Part shown: one piece after another, positions 1 to 9,889 of the stretch
Layout: every line of letters starts with the position of its first letter
Numbering within the stretch: the first letter of the stretch is position 1
Source: Candidatus Falkowbacteria bacterium
GTDB taxonomy: Bacteria > Patescibacteriota > Patescibacteriia > Patescibacteriales > UBA12075
Reading direction: 5' to 3'
DNA length: 46,415 bases
NCBI GenBank assembly: GCA_003514005.1
Contig: DOSJ01000005.1
Span: 1 to 46,415, forward strand
Notes under the pieces: generated by a model
What the model was told of the DNA's origin: nothing
What the model saw: only the letters and a program-made list of their open reading frames with translations
The model's database searches: none
Program-made: the position numbers and the translations under genes

Positions 1-43
1 TTGCTATTAAGCAACAAGCCTAATGTATTTATACTACATTAAT

Positions 44-517
44 TTACGCGGCGTTGATTTTTACAACAAAGTCATTTAATCCCGCTTCATAATTATTTGC
101 TCGGATACTTTTAGTTGTACAAAATAATTCCGCAACCGGCTCCAAACCAGATAATTCTTTCAAGTCAGAAAATATTCTTTGTTTTTGCGCGCCTCCCTGC
201 GTAGTAAAGAAAGCTATTTTTTTAATCTTCTCTTTATTAGAAGTAACAAAGGTTCGAATCGCTGGCGGCATAGTTCCCGCCCAGACAGGCATGCCCAAAA
301 TCAACAAATCATATTTCTCAATCCGACTTTGCAATTCTTCAATATCAGACAATTCTTTCTTCATGGCTGCTCGTCCGCCGCCGATAAAGCCAATTACTCC
401 TGACCAATTCCGCTTATCTTTTATCACCTCTATTTCCGCTCCCGTTTTCTTCGCAATCGCTTCTGCTAAAATTTTTGTTGTGTTGGTACGTGTGAAATAC
501 ATGATTAGAGTTTTCAT
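44..517 (-). CDS. Flavodoxin family protein
   Basis: N-terminal YFTRTNTT FMN loop, LGMPVWAG and FFTTQGG motifs. Confidence 0.85.
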   Translation of the reverse strand: MKTLIMYFTRTNTTKILAEAIAKKTGAEIEVIKDKRNWSGVIGFIGGGRAAMKKELSDIEELQSRIEKYDLLILGMPVWAGTMPPAIRTFVTSNKEKIKKIAFFTTQGGAQKQRIFSDLKELSGLEPVAELFCTTKSIRANNYEAGLNDFVVKINAA

Positions 518-568
518 AGTTTTTTACTTAAAATATTAACTTTTCAAACAATTGAATTTTAAATAAAT

Positions 569-1231
569 TTAAAACGGAACATCGCTCTTTTTTATTTCGT
601 CTTCAAATCCATCATCATAATCACAGCAACAATCGTCACAATCGCAACAGTCATCATCATAATCGTCCATTTCTTCGTCAAAATCAAAATCAAAATGCTC
701 TAAATGGCGTTTTGGTATGCATGGCTTGTAGCGCGCTGTTGTTATTATTTTTTTCGCCTCCGCTATCCAGGCTTTTTCATATGCGATGCTTTCTTTCAGC
801 TCTTCAAGCTTTTGCCTGTCCATGCTTACATAATCATCCAAACAAAAATACTTCCAATCTTCTTTCTTGTTTTTATGTTTTAATAAAACTTTTTCATGTA
901 CTTTTTTTTCTAGCGCAAACCGATCCATGCCTGCGGACATTCTGTCTATTTTCATTTCTAACTCAAGAATATAATCCTCCTTCTCTTGAATAATATAGCA
1001 AAGTAAAAATTCTTCCTCTTCTTTTTCGTTTGCTGGCGAATAATAGAAAAGCTCGCATTCTTCTAACGCCATTTCCGCGTAATCTTTTTTTTCCGGATCT
1101 TTCTCGGATTTTAAATACGCTTCAATCTTATTTATCGCCTCTTTTGTCCCTTCGTGTGCCAAAACTTGCAAATCAATTTCTGAAGCAGGGAGGTTTTTCG
1201 TCTTTGGTTTAATTGTTTTTTTAGTTGTCAT
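569..1231 (-). CDS. Hypothetical helical protein with an Asp/Cys-rich tail ending in SDVPF
   Basis: 220-aa ORF; C-terminus DDCCDCDDCCCDYDD...SDVPF. Confidence 0.7.
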   Translation of the reverse strand: MTTKKTIKPKTKNLPASEIDLQVLAHEGTKEAINKIEAYLKSEKDPEKKDYAEMALEECELFYYSPANEKEEEEFLLCYIIQEKEDYILELEMKIDRMSAGMDRFALEKKVHEKVLLKHKNKKEDWKYFCLDDYVSMDRQKLEELKESIAYEKAWIAEAKKIITTARYKPCIPKRHLEHFDFDFDEEMDDYDDDCCDCDDCCCDYDDGFEDEIKKSDVPF

Positions 1232-1432
1232 AGATTGTATTTATGAATAATAACTAAACTAATTATAACAAATAAATATATAATAATAAAGCTCAAAAAA
1301 TCCTCTAAACATTATCAATAAATAATATTTTTAACCATTGCGACACCCAACTGACTAAACCGATACAAACAATATTTTCTAAAAAAAATAGGCGACGTTT
1401 TTTTTGAAAACAATCGCCCGTTTAGTGTGTGT

Positions 1433-1714
1433 TTAGATTTCTTCAAATTTTAAACCAGACAATTCTTCAAGCCTGGCTTTCCTCCCTCGCTTACTGTATA
1501 CATCTTTGGTGGCCTCAACTACCCTTTTGGCGCCCTGCCAATTTTCAACCTTGTAAAAAGCCTGAAAAAGCTCTCTCTGACGATCATCAAGCCACCGATC
1601 ATCGTACTGCGGATATTTTTCCGGATTAACGGCAACATCCGTCAAGAATTTTTCTGCTTCCAAAAGCTTTCCTTTGTCCAGTGCTTTTCGAAACTCCATT
1701 GTATTTTTCATCAT
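1433..1714 (-). CDS. Hypothetical protein
   Basis: 93-aa ORF with strong AGGAGG RBS; hairpin downstream at ~1390-1420. Confidence 0.7.
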   Translation of the reverse strand: MMKNTMEFRKALDKGKLLEAEKFLTDVAVNPEKYPQYDDRWLDDRQRELFQAFYKVENWQGAKRVVEATKDVYSKRGRKARLEELSGLKFEEI

Positions 1715-1819
1715 TTCCTCCTTTTTTGTCTTTCATTGCTATTTTAAAATGTTTCTAAACATACAATGACTGCAGCAAATCCATTTAACGATCTTTTCTA
1801 ACTCCGATTTTATCATATT

Positions 1820-2080
1820 TTATTCAAACGAAATTATTTGATAGCCATATTTTTCAACATCTTCCTTTGGCCAAAAATTAATATCATTTGTTTTTAAAAT
1901 ATAAGTTATTGTTTTCTCTATTTCTCTCCCTGTATATTCTTTAGTTTCCGGATTCCATTCTTTCAACAACAATAAATCACCCTCACTGCACTCCCAGTCA
2001 GCAAGTCTTAATTCATATTTCTTTTTGCCATCCAATATTTTTTGAAAATATTCAGGCCAAACTTTTTTTTCGATTTTCAT
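1820..2080 (-). CDS. ASCH/PUA-like (DUF3850) protein
   Basis: KVWPEYFQKILDGKKKYELR...GDLLLLKEW pattern. Confidence 0.85.
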   Translation of the reverse strand: MKIEKKVWPEYFQKILDGKKKYELRLADWECSEGDLLLLKEWNPETKEYTGREIEKTITYILKTNDINFWPKEDVEKYGYQIISFE

Positions 2081-2112
2081 ATTTTAGCATTTTTCGCTTA
2101 AACGTATGTGCT

Positions 2113-2772
2113 CTATTTATTAATAATTTCATTCTCCGCGGGCAACTTAGCGCCCTTGATAAGCAACCAAAATATAAATACAATTTCTCCCAAAGTCAAA
2201 AAATCAAATAGTGGCATTATTTTCTCTGGACTTGAAAGCAATAACTGCGCAAACGACCCAAAGAAATATCCTGCGCCTGCTATCATTAGCAATGGTCCAA
2301 TAAATTTTGGAAAATAGCCGGATTGTCTGGCCAAATTACCAAGTGGTAATAACCATAATCCCCAAAATATTGAGGCAATAATAATTCCTTGTTTGTACAA
2401 ACTTAGAAACAGCATCATAAGTGATTCATCACTAGGTGCAAGTTTAAGTGCGGCAATAAGGCCAAGGGTACTAACCATAGCAATAGGAACAGAGACCAGT
2501 GAAAAAACCAGCATATTCAATGTGCACATTTTGCTAACTGATTTAAAAAAATGATAAAGCATGATAACAGTAAAAATAAAAAGTAGCTGAGTTAACAGAC
2601 TGCCAACTATGCCAAATTTAAAAAGTAATTGATTGGCGATAATATTGCGTGCTGTCTCACCTGCGTCTGTTGTAATTAACTTGGCCGGAACATACATCAG
2701 GCTAAACGCCCCAAATACCATCCAGATCGGATAAAGAATTCGAAGAATTTTTAAAGCTTGTTTTGGTGTCAT
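2113..2772 (-). CDS. DUF4386-like multi-pass membrane protein
   Basis: Several TM segments; FWGLWLLPLG, PKFIG and GEIVFIFWLLIKG motifs. Confidence 0.75.
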   Translation of the reverse strand: MTPKQALKILRILYPIWMVFGAFSLMYVPAKLITTDAGETARNIIANQLLFKFGIVGSLLTQLLFIFTVIMLYHFFKSVSKMCTLNMLVFSLVSVPIAMVSTLGLIAALKLAPSDESLMMLFLSLYKQGIIIASIFWGLWLLPLGNLARQSGYFPKFIGPLLMIAGAGYFFGSFAQLLLSSPEKIMPLFDFLTLGEIVFIFWLLIKGAKLPAENEIINK

Positions 2773-2816
2773 ATTGTTTTTGATTTATTAAATTATTGTT
2801 TAAATTTTGATTATTT

Positions 2817-3074
2817 TTATTTATGGCTCTCGTTCATAATCCGAAGATACAACTTCTCCACTTTCTTTCTAGCCCACTCAGTCTTGCGCAAAAATTTTAA
2901 GCTGGAATTTATGCTTGGATTTTCATAAAAACAATTTATCCGTATTTCTTCGCTCAATCCTTCCCAACCAAACTTTTCAACCAATGTTTCGAGAATTGTT
3001 TTTAATGTTACACCATGAAGTGGATTGTTTTTTTGAATTACTGTTTTTTCTTTTTCAATATTTTCCTTGTTCAT
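2817..3074 (-). CDS. VF530 (DUF2132) family DNA-binding protein
   Basis: NNPLHGVTL...GWEGL...[26 protein letters not shown]. Confidence 0.9.
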   Translation of the reverse strand: MNKENIEKEKTVIQKNNPLHGVTLKTILETLVEKFGWEGLSEEIRINCFYENPSINSSLKFLRKTEWARKKVEKLYLRIMNESHK

Positions 3075-3174
3075 ATAAGATATGATTTCCAGATTAGTCT
3101 AATTAAATTTGAACAATCTTTACCTTAACCATTGGCAAGGCCTCGGCCATTATGTTTGATAATTATCGCTCGTT

Positions 3175-3621
3175 TCATATTTTTGAAATATCTCCGTTTA
3201 AGACAATTGGTTGCATGGCAACTATTTCATCCTTAAATGAAGATTCTGGTATATTGTTGAATAAATAAATTTTCTTATCAAGCACATGAGCAAAACCCAT
3301 TTCCAAAAAAGTATTTCCGCCGATATAATCTTTTACTCCCTTCTTTTCTATGTTCAAGACAAGTATGGCATCAGATTCATTGATTTTTTTATAATAACGT
3401 TTTATAACATCATCTTTAATTTTTCGCATTGCACTTTCTCGAAAAGCACCATCTCCATTTTTCTCTTTTTCTTTTTCAAATTCTTCGAGTGTTAACTCGC
3501 CGTTAATTATTCTTTGGCTCGTTAGGGGTATATCAATTTCATGGCCAAGATTTATAAGTTGTTCAGAAACTTCCTTGATTTTTGGTGTAAAATTTATACT
3601 TCCACAAATTACTATCTTCAT
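3175..3621 (-). CDS. Nucleoside 2-deoxyribosyltransferase-like fold protein
   Basis: IVICGS, SDAILVLN and YIGGNTFLEMGFA motifs. Confidence 0.6.
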   Translation of the reverse strand: MKIVICGSINFTPKIKEVSEQLINLGHEIDIPLTSQRIINGELTLEEFEKEKEKNGDGAFRESAMRKIKDDVIKRYYKKINESDAILVLNIEKKGVKDYIGGNTFLEMGFAHVLDKKIYLFNNIPESSFKDEIVAMQPIVLNGDISKI

Positions 3622-4160
3622 ATTTGTTGCAATTTATTTTTCTTTAATTTCATATAAATACACCTTACTTCCAAGTCTTTTGGCCATTCAGGCCAATGAC
3701 GTATAAAATAACCATTATCTCCTCGAGATTCGTCGAGCATCCATCCCCATTTATTATACATTTCGATACTATTTGTATTATGGGCATAAATATCAAGCAC
3801 TAAATCCCGATTACAGGAAAACTTCAATGCCAGAGAATAAAGATTTTTTCCAATTCCTTTACCTTGATAGCTTGGATAAACATAAAAACCAGTTAGCTCT
3901 GCTTCATTTTTGTTTTTTATGATACAGGTTAAAGCACCGACCAATTTGTCATCTACAAAAACAAGCCAAGTTTTTTGTAAATCAGAAATAATCAAATGTG
4001 ATTTTAAATATTTTTAAGTATTTTCATTTTTAAAAATTTCTTCTGAAAAACAATCAGCAGTTAATCCAATACTATCATCAGTATAGGTTTCTTGATATGT
4101 TTTTTGTAGTAAATCAGTATATTTCTTAATATCATCTTGACATGCAATTCTAATTTCCAT
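3618..4160 (-). pseudogene. GNAT acetyltransferase interrupted by an in-frame TAA at 4014-4016
   Basis: ATG at 4160 (MEIRIACQDDI...) is in frame with ORF 3618..3995, which carries motif A (YQGKGIG); a single stop lies between them. Confidence 0.75.
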
Positions 4161-4172
4161 ATTTTAATTTTA

Positions 4173-4532
4173 TTAAAAATCTTTTCTAACCCCGATTTTA
4201 TCAAAACATTCAAAATGAATATCCTTGTCATTAAAAACCTCAACAACTTTATATTTTCCTCGCGTCCACATTTCGTTATTATCCACAAAATGAGTGGCTT
4301 CCAGAATAATGATGCTAGCCTTTGGCCTTGATAAAACTTCGTTTCCCTTTGTCTCAATCAAAGGAATCTCGCCAAAGAACCAATAATTCCTCTGGTCTTT
4401 TTTTAAAAAATCATAAATCTTGCCTGCCTCCATATTTTCCGGAAAACATTCCGCAACTTTTCTGTTGCCATTTTTATATTCCATAATATTGCGAAGCGCA
4501 AGGTCTGGATTGTATTCTACTTTTATGCCCAT
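4173..4532 (-). CDS. Hypothetical protein
   Basis: 119-aa ORF tightly packed in a co-oriented run. Confidence 0.7.
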   Translation of the reverse strand: MGIKVEYNPDLALRNIMEYKNGNRKVAECFPENMEAGKIYDFLKKDQRNYWFFGEIPLIETKGNEVLSRPKASIIILEATHFVDNNEMWTRGKYKVVEVFNDKDIHFECFDKIGVRKDF

Positions 4533-4537
4533 ATTTT

Positions 4538-5101
4538 TTAATTTAATGAAAAAACTTTTTTATATAAATCATGTCTTGGTTTTATTTTCTTTTTGGCAAA
4601 ATTGAAAAATATCTTTTTATAGTAATTTCGATCAAGTTTTTCTAAAACCCATTTTTTATACCCATTAATATCACGCTCTCCGGTTAAAGCGATTTTCAAG
4701 AAAAAATTATTATAATAATGAGACATCGCATCAGCTGTTGCTAAAATTTTACCCTCTAAAGTTTCTGGCTTATTATTACTGCATGAATGAGTTAAAATAA
4801 TTGATTTTACTTTTTTAATTACATCGCTATTGTAACCATGTTCTTTCAAAACTTTTTCCGCTTCGCGCGCCCCAATTTCTTGATGGTCACCTTTAAGCCC
4901 TCGAATCCTCTGTAAATCATGCAACCATACACCAAGCATTACAACTTCTTTATCGGCCTTTGGCAAATTCTTCAATAAAAAATTAGCCTGCTTTTCAACT
5001 TCCAAAAGATGTGTGTCATAAAACCAATCAATAATTTTTGTCGATTCTGTGCATTCCTCCTCTATTTTTTCTTTTATTGTTTTGATCATTTTTAAATTCA
5101 T
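4538..5101 (-). CDS. HD-domain phosphohydrolase
   Basis: H...WLHD...H...HS...ADA metal-binding motifs. Confidence 0.85.
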   Translation of the reverse strand: MNLKMIKTIKEKIEEECTESTKIIDWFYDTHLLEVEKQANFLLKNLPKADKEVVMLGVWLHDLQRIRGLKGDHQEIGAREAEKVLKEHGYNSDVIKKVKSIILTHSCSNNKPETLEGKILATADAMSHYYNNFFLKIALTGERDINGYKKWVLEKLDRNYYKKIFFNFAKKKIKPRHDLYKKVFSLN

Positions 5102-5220
5102 AATTTTTATGCTTATTAAAAAATCTACAATAGCATAGTATCACTCTTTAAAATTTTATTTGTTTTCACTTCAGATATATTTACCATTTATTCAATCACG
5201 CTTCTTCTTTAAATATAGCA

Positions 5221-5937
5221 TTATTTTTTATAAGAAGGTAGAATAATTTCTCCTTTATACCCAAAAGAGTTTAAAATTGCCTGCCAAGTTATCTGTAAAA
5301 ACTCTTGCATAGGAACATCGGACTTAAATGTCAAAGGATCTTCTTTTGTGCCTATTCCCTCTAATAAGTACCACTCGAGACCCCTTGATTCAATTCCCCC
5401 GTCATGTATAAAACCCGATCTTATCTCATCCCAAAGATGACAAATAACTTCTGAAAAATTTTTATATTTTTCTTTTTTTATTAAAAAGGAGTTTGGACAG
5501 TATCTTTCGGTAATGTCATTTTTTATTTTATCAGACAAGTTTTCTTGAAGAAAATCATTGATCTTCTTACCTTTGTTATAAAGTGTTTTATTATCCCCTT
5601 TGATTACAATTTCAAGAATTCCAAACATTATCACGGTCATAAACTGAGACCATGTAATTTCATAAAAGAGAGAGAAAGACACTTTCTCTGCTGCAACCAA
5701 AATACTTTTTAATGGTCCAGCGTGAATTTCAAAATAATTTATAGCTTTAATTAAAGTTTTTTTCTGTGTGTCATTCATATTTTTAAGGGTTACTGAAAAA
5801 TCTTCTGAAAGAGCATATCCGATATACTCGTACTTTGATGGTTTCTGTCCCAATGTATTTACACGTCCAAAATATCCTTTTTCAGTACTTAAAATTTCAA
5901 TTAATTTTTTTGCTATTTTTTGATTATTCACGCTCAT
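5221..5937 (-). CDS. Hypothetical protein with a candidate HEPN RxxxxH motif
   Basis: Helical ORF containing EIRSGFIHDG. Confidence 0.55.
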   Translation of the reverse strand: MSVNNQKIAKKLIEILSTEKGYFGRVNTLGQKPSKYEYIGYALSEDFSVTLKNMNDTQKKTLIKAINYFEIHAGPLKSILVAAEKVSFSLFYEITWSQFMTVIMFGILEIVIKGDNKTLYNKGKKINDFLQENLSDKIKNDITERYCPNSFLIKKEKYKNFSEVICHLWDEIRSGFIHDGGIESRGLEWYLLEGIGTKEDPLTFKSDVPMQEFLQITWQAILNSFGYKGEIILPSYKK

Positions 5938-6039
5938 ACTAGTTTTTAATTCATACTATTTATTCCTTGTAATTTTTCTACAATAACATTTTTTACCAAA
6001 GCCCTTTCTTCTTCGTGATTACGAAATCCAAAACCACAC

Positions 6040-6618
6040 CTACTCACATCCCAACCCATCACCATCTCTATCCAACCCAAAAACATCTGGGCCGATAACA
6101 CTTACTGTTCCGGTGTAATACGGTCCGTTGCCAGATCCGCCGGCGCAATCGTAGTCACTGGCATCTTTCTTTAAACAACCAGAATAGCTGGGGTGACAAT
6201 TTGAATCAGGAATTGATTCATTAGATTCTACTACTTCGGCTTTTGATTCAGTCGGTTTTGCAGTTTCTGCTGCATCATTTAAAAACTCTTCTATATTTTG
6301 ATTTTCCTCTACCTCAGTTTGTACCAAATCATTTTTAAGCACCTCAGAAACTGGCGCCACCACTTTCATCTTTGCCACATCAGAATTTGAATCAGGGATT
6401 GATTCATTAGGTTCCACTACCTTGGTTTTTGATTCAGCTGGTTTTGTAGTTTCAACTACATCATTCAAAAGTTCTTCTACGACCGGTACCACCACTTTCT
6501 TCTTTACCTCATCAGAAACAACTGGAATGACATAAGACTCAGGTGCATCATATTCCACACAAGCTGATAATACCAATATTAACAAAGGAAGAATGAATAA
6601 TTTTTTCATAATTTTCAT
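6040..6618 (-). CDS. Lipoprotein with repetitive linker and C-terminal Excalibur-like Ca-binding motif
   Basis: Lipobox LSAC; C-terminus DYDC...LDRDGDGLGCE; internal duplication. Confidence 0.75.
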   Translation of the reverse strand: MKIMKKLFILPLLILVLSACVEYDAPESYVIPVVSDEVKKKVVVPVVEELLNDVVETTKPAESKTKVVEPNESIPDSNSDVAKMKVVAPVSEVLKNDLVQTEVEENQNIEEFLNDAAETAKPTESKAEVVESNESIPDSNCHPSYSGCLKKDASDYDCAGGSGNGPYYTGTVSVIGPDVFGLDRDGDGLGCE

Positions 6619-6840
6619 ATTCCTCCTTGTTTATGAATATTATTTTAATTTCCCTCCCATAAAAAAATAACCGCCTAAAAACGGCGGCTTTGGTTTAGTC
6701 GTGGGTGAAATAAATTTTGCTTCTTGTTTCCATAATTATAGTTTAATAATACCTTAATCTTAGTAAATTAATCTACATTAGTCAAGATAAAAAAGGGTAA
6801 AAAGTATTGTTTTTCTGTCAAAATATTTCAGTCAAATTAT

Positions 6841-6869
6841 TTGACACAATCCTTTTTTCTTGCTAACAT
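6841..6869 (+). promoter_or_regulatory. Sigma70-type promoter for thrC
   Basis: TTGACA-17 bp-TAACAT with TG extension. Confidence 0.55.
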
Positions 6870-6925
6870 TAAAGCCATCTGTTCATTATAACAACAAAAT
6901 CACAAACACTAACAAGGAGGGAGCG

Positions 6926-8266
6926 ATGACAAAAATCAATGATTTTAATGGTACCAGACTACGTTGTATTCGGTGCGGATATGAAACCAGCTTACTTAAA
7001 GAAAGAGATTTTCAATGCGAGTGCGGCGGACTTTATGATGTTGTACATGAGCTCGAGCCAAATTCATTCGAACATTTGACTGGTGTTTTTGACGAAAGAG
7101 CAATGATGTCTTATCGCGCCAGTAACGACCCAAAAATCACCTCTGGCGTATGGCGCTTCAAGGAATTGATTATGCCCGGACTTGATGACAGCGAAATTGT
7201 CACCCTGGGCGAAGGGAATTATCCGATAGTCCCCTTCGGCAAAAATTTGAAAGAATGGATTGGTGGCGATTTGGATGGCTGGCTCGTTCTCGAAGGAGTT
7301 GGCCCAACTAATTCGTTTAAAGACAACGGTGGAACAGTTTTGATCTCGGTCGCCAAAAAAACCGGCGTCAAATTGATTGGCGCACCATCTACAGGAGACA
7401 CCTCTGCGATGGTCGCTGCGTATGCTAGTATTGCGGGCATGGTTTGTTGCGTAGTGCTACCGGATGGACAAATTACACCAGTCCAAATTACCCAGCCCCT
7501 GGTGCACGGCTCAAAAGTCATCCTTCTACCAGCAAACTTTGATATCTGCAAGGACAATTTCTTTGCCATAGCCAAGACTGGACTGATCGACTTTGCCAGC
7601 AGCAAGAATCCAACCCGGATAGAAGGCCATCAATCAACCGTCTTCCGTATCGCCCAACATTTCGGCTGGGCGTTACCGGACGCTATCGTCTTCCCGGTCG
7701 GAAATGGCAGTAATGGCTCTTCGATTGGCAAAGCCCAAAGGACTCTGCAAGCAATCGGATACAAAGGCCGGATTTCCAGACTTGTGGGAGCCCAATCACA
7801 TGCCGCCTGTCCGTTGGCAAAATCATTTCTGACATTCGAATATGCCAGTGAATACCCGACAATCAAAGAATGGGAAGAACAATATAATCCGATGGAGGTG
7901 GGTGAAACCGCTGCCACGGCTGCCCGTATTGGTGATCCGGTATCTTATTTAAAGATCTTACGAGAAATCATATTCTCGGACGGTTGCATGGATTTTGCCA
8001 ACGAAGAAGATCTTATGGAGGCAGTCGCAATATGTGGCAAGGACGGTCGCTTCATCTGCCCACAAAGCGGAACCGCCTTGGCTGTATTGAAAAAACGCGT
8101 TGAAAAAGGTACTATTGCCCCAGGTTCAAGAGTCTGTGTTATCTGTACTGCCGACGGAATCAAGTTCTGCGATGCCGCCGTAAAGAGCTTGTTACCAACC
8201 GTTGTAAAAGCCAAAGATGCTTCAGTAGAGACTCTGGAAGCGCTAATGAAGAAGCTGTTAACTTAA
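6926..8266 (+). CDS. thrC: Threonine synthase (PLP-dependent)
   Basis: GPTNSFKD with PLP Lys, PSTGDTSA, PVGNGSN; N-terminal Cys-rich knuckle; ATG at 6926 follows AAGGAGG. Confidence 0.85.
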   Translation: MTKINDFNGTRLRCIRCGYETSLLKERDFQCECGGLYDVVHELEPNSFEHLTGVFDERAMMSYRASNDPKITSGVWRFKELIMPGLDDSEIVTLGEGNYPIVPFGKNLKEWIGGDLDGWLVLEGVGPTNSFKDNGGTVLISVAKKTGVKLIGAPSTGDTSAMVAAYASIAGMVCCVVLPDGQITPVQITQPLVHGSKVILLPANFDICKDNFFAIAKTGLIDFASSKNPTRIEGHQSTVFRIAQHFGWALPDAIVFPVGNGSNGSSIGKAQRTLQAIGYKGRISRLVGAQSHAACPLAKSFLTFEYASEYPTIKEWEEQYNPMEVGETAATAARIGDPVSYLKILREIIFSDGCMDFANEEDLMEAVAICGKDGRFICPQSGTALAVLKKRVEKGTIAPGSRVCVICTADGIKFCDAAVKSLLPTVVKAKDASVETLEALMKKLLT

Positions 8267-8292
8267 AAAAAATCAACAGCAAGAAAAACAAA

Positions 8293-8327
8293 TGAAGGAA
8301 CCCATGCGTGGTTCCTTCTTTTTTTTA
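8293..8327 (+). terminator. Intrinsic terminator after thrC
   Basis: GAAGGAACC...GGTTCCTTC followed by a T-run. Confidence 0.75.
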
Positions 8328-8467
8328 CAAGTATAGATCGTTTCCAATAAATAAAATCTTTATAAAATTTTTAAAAGTATCGATAAAGGTTTCACACAAA
8401 ACGCGCAATCCAGAACATAATCATATAGATATAAACATATCATATGATTTTGTTTATGTTGTGTAAT

Positions 8468-8821
8468 TTAATTTTTTCTTTTTACCTTAACCATCGGCAA
8501 AGCATCAGCAGTTATCCGCACCAAATCCCACAACCATTCTCGATTCTCTATCAATTCCTCGTCAATCAACATCGAAGGTTTTGCGCTGGGGTATGCTTTG
8601 CCTTCTTTGTAATTTTTCCCTACAAATTTTTTGCCGGCATCGGTAATTTTTACAAAAAGCTGATCATCGCAAACCAGTGCGACTACTTTGTCGTCGCAAT
8701 AAAGCGCGTACTCGCCAAACATTTTTCGCGCACGCACTTCACCAGCGCCTTGTATCTGGTCAAGGATAAAATCAATTGTGGATTGTTTTGATGACATCGT
8801 TTTTATTGTCATTTTATTCAT
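8468..8821 (-). CDS. TfoX/Sxy N-terminal domain protein
   Basis: RKMFGEYALY...VCDDQLFVK...YPSAKP. Confidence 0.9.
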   Translation of the reverse strand: MNKMTIKTMSSKQSTIDFILDQIQGAGEVRARKMFGEYALYCDDKVVALVCDDQLFVKITDAGKKFVGKNYKEGKAYPSAKPSMLIDEELIENREWLWDLVRITADALPMVKVKRKN

Positions 8822-9014
8822 TTAATAATATCAGATAAAACCAATAAATACAAAGCACAAAATATTTTATCGGAAAACAATTAAAAATTTTTTATAATAA
8901 TGTTAGCGAAATTTAGACAAATTGACAAATGCATAAAAACATGATATAAAGTAACTATGTTTTTGAGTCTACCATAAAGAGGTTCTTTGTAAACACAAAA
9001 AAAAGGAGATTAAG

Positions 9015-9731
9015 ATGAGACAAACGGATTTTGGTCGAACGAGAAAAGTTGTAGAATTAGCCAAAACTGACGTTAACAGCTTGGTTTACGCAGTATATCT
9101 GTGGATGTCAGTCGGACTTTGTATTACCGGTGGTATTGCCTGGTATGCAGGGACAAGCAATCTGGTTAACGAAATCATCCTAAATATGCCGCTTTTTATT
9201 GGGTTGATGGTTGGCGAATTAGCGCTTGTCATGATACTTGCAACATGCGTAACAAGGCTTTCCTCGTTTGCCTGCACTGCCATATTTTTGCTTTATTCGG
9301 CACTAAACGGCATAACCTTGTCGGTTATATTTTTGACTTATACCAAGACATCGATTGTTTCAACATTTTTTATTTGCGCCAGCACCTTTGCGGTTTGCTC
9401 AATTTATGGTTGGTTCACAAAAAAAGATCTAACTTCCATGGGGAGCTTTATGTTCATGGGGTTAATCGGTCTGATTATTGCAATGTTTGTAAATATGTTC
9501 TTGCGGTCACCGGCAATGCAATACCTTATTAGCGCGGTTGGAATAATTGTTTTTGTTGGCCTTACCGCCTTTGACACACAAAAAATCAAAGAAATGGCCA
9601 TGACGATGCCAAACGATATTGGTGGTGGTGCCATCAGAAAAGGTGCAATTATGGGCGCCTTAACCCTTTATCTTGATTTCATAAATCTCTTCCTGTTCTT
9701 TCTTCGTTTCTTTGGAATTTCCAAAGATTAA
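9015..9731 (+). CDS. Bax inhibitor-1/YccA family membrane protein
   Basis: About 7 TM segments; TAFDTQKIK and ALTLYLDFINLFL. Confidence 0.9.
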   Translation: MRQTDFGRTRKVVELAKTDVNSLVYAVYLWMSVGLCITGGIAWYAGTSNLVNEIILNMPLFIGLMVGELALVMILATCVTRLSSFACTAIFLLYSALNGITLSVIFLTYTKTSIVSTFFICASTFAVCSIYGWFTKKDLTSMGSFMFMGLIGLIIAMFVNMFLRSPAMQYLISAVGIIVFVGLTAFDTQKIKEMAMTMPNDIGGGAIRKGAIMGALTLYLDFINLFLFFLRFFGISKD

Positions 9732-9889
9732 TATTTAAACCTTAACTCGCCCGCGTTCACATTGGACACGGGCTATTTTTTTTAAAAAAAACAAAAAACC
9801 CTCTAACATTAAAGTCAGAAGGTTTTTTGCTATTTATCTGCCAAATTTTTACATTAAAAAATAACAATCCAACGGAACAAAAATCGGTT

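Noticed and set aside
4014-4016. Stop-codon recoding / genetic code 25
   Set aside because: The stop is TAA and isolated; TGA terminates normal genes such as folA and Trp is encoded by TGG
4061-4357. 98-aa ORF from the track
   Set aside because: Off-frame shadow overlapping the 4173-4532 gene and the GNAT 5' part
44-6618. Integron cassette array (many short co-oriented genes)
   Set aside because: No recurring attC-like sites or integrase seen; several genes overlap or abut like an operon
7219-8214. Antisense ORFs in thrC, and similar ones within the ATPase, nusG, hydA and gap genes
   Set aside because: Shadows of well-supported genes, with no motifs or RBS
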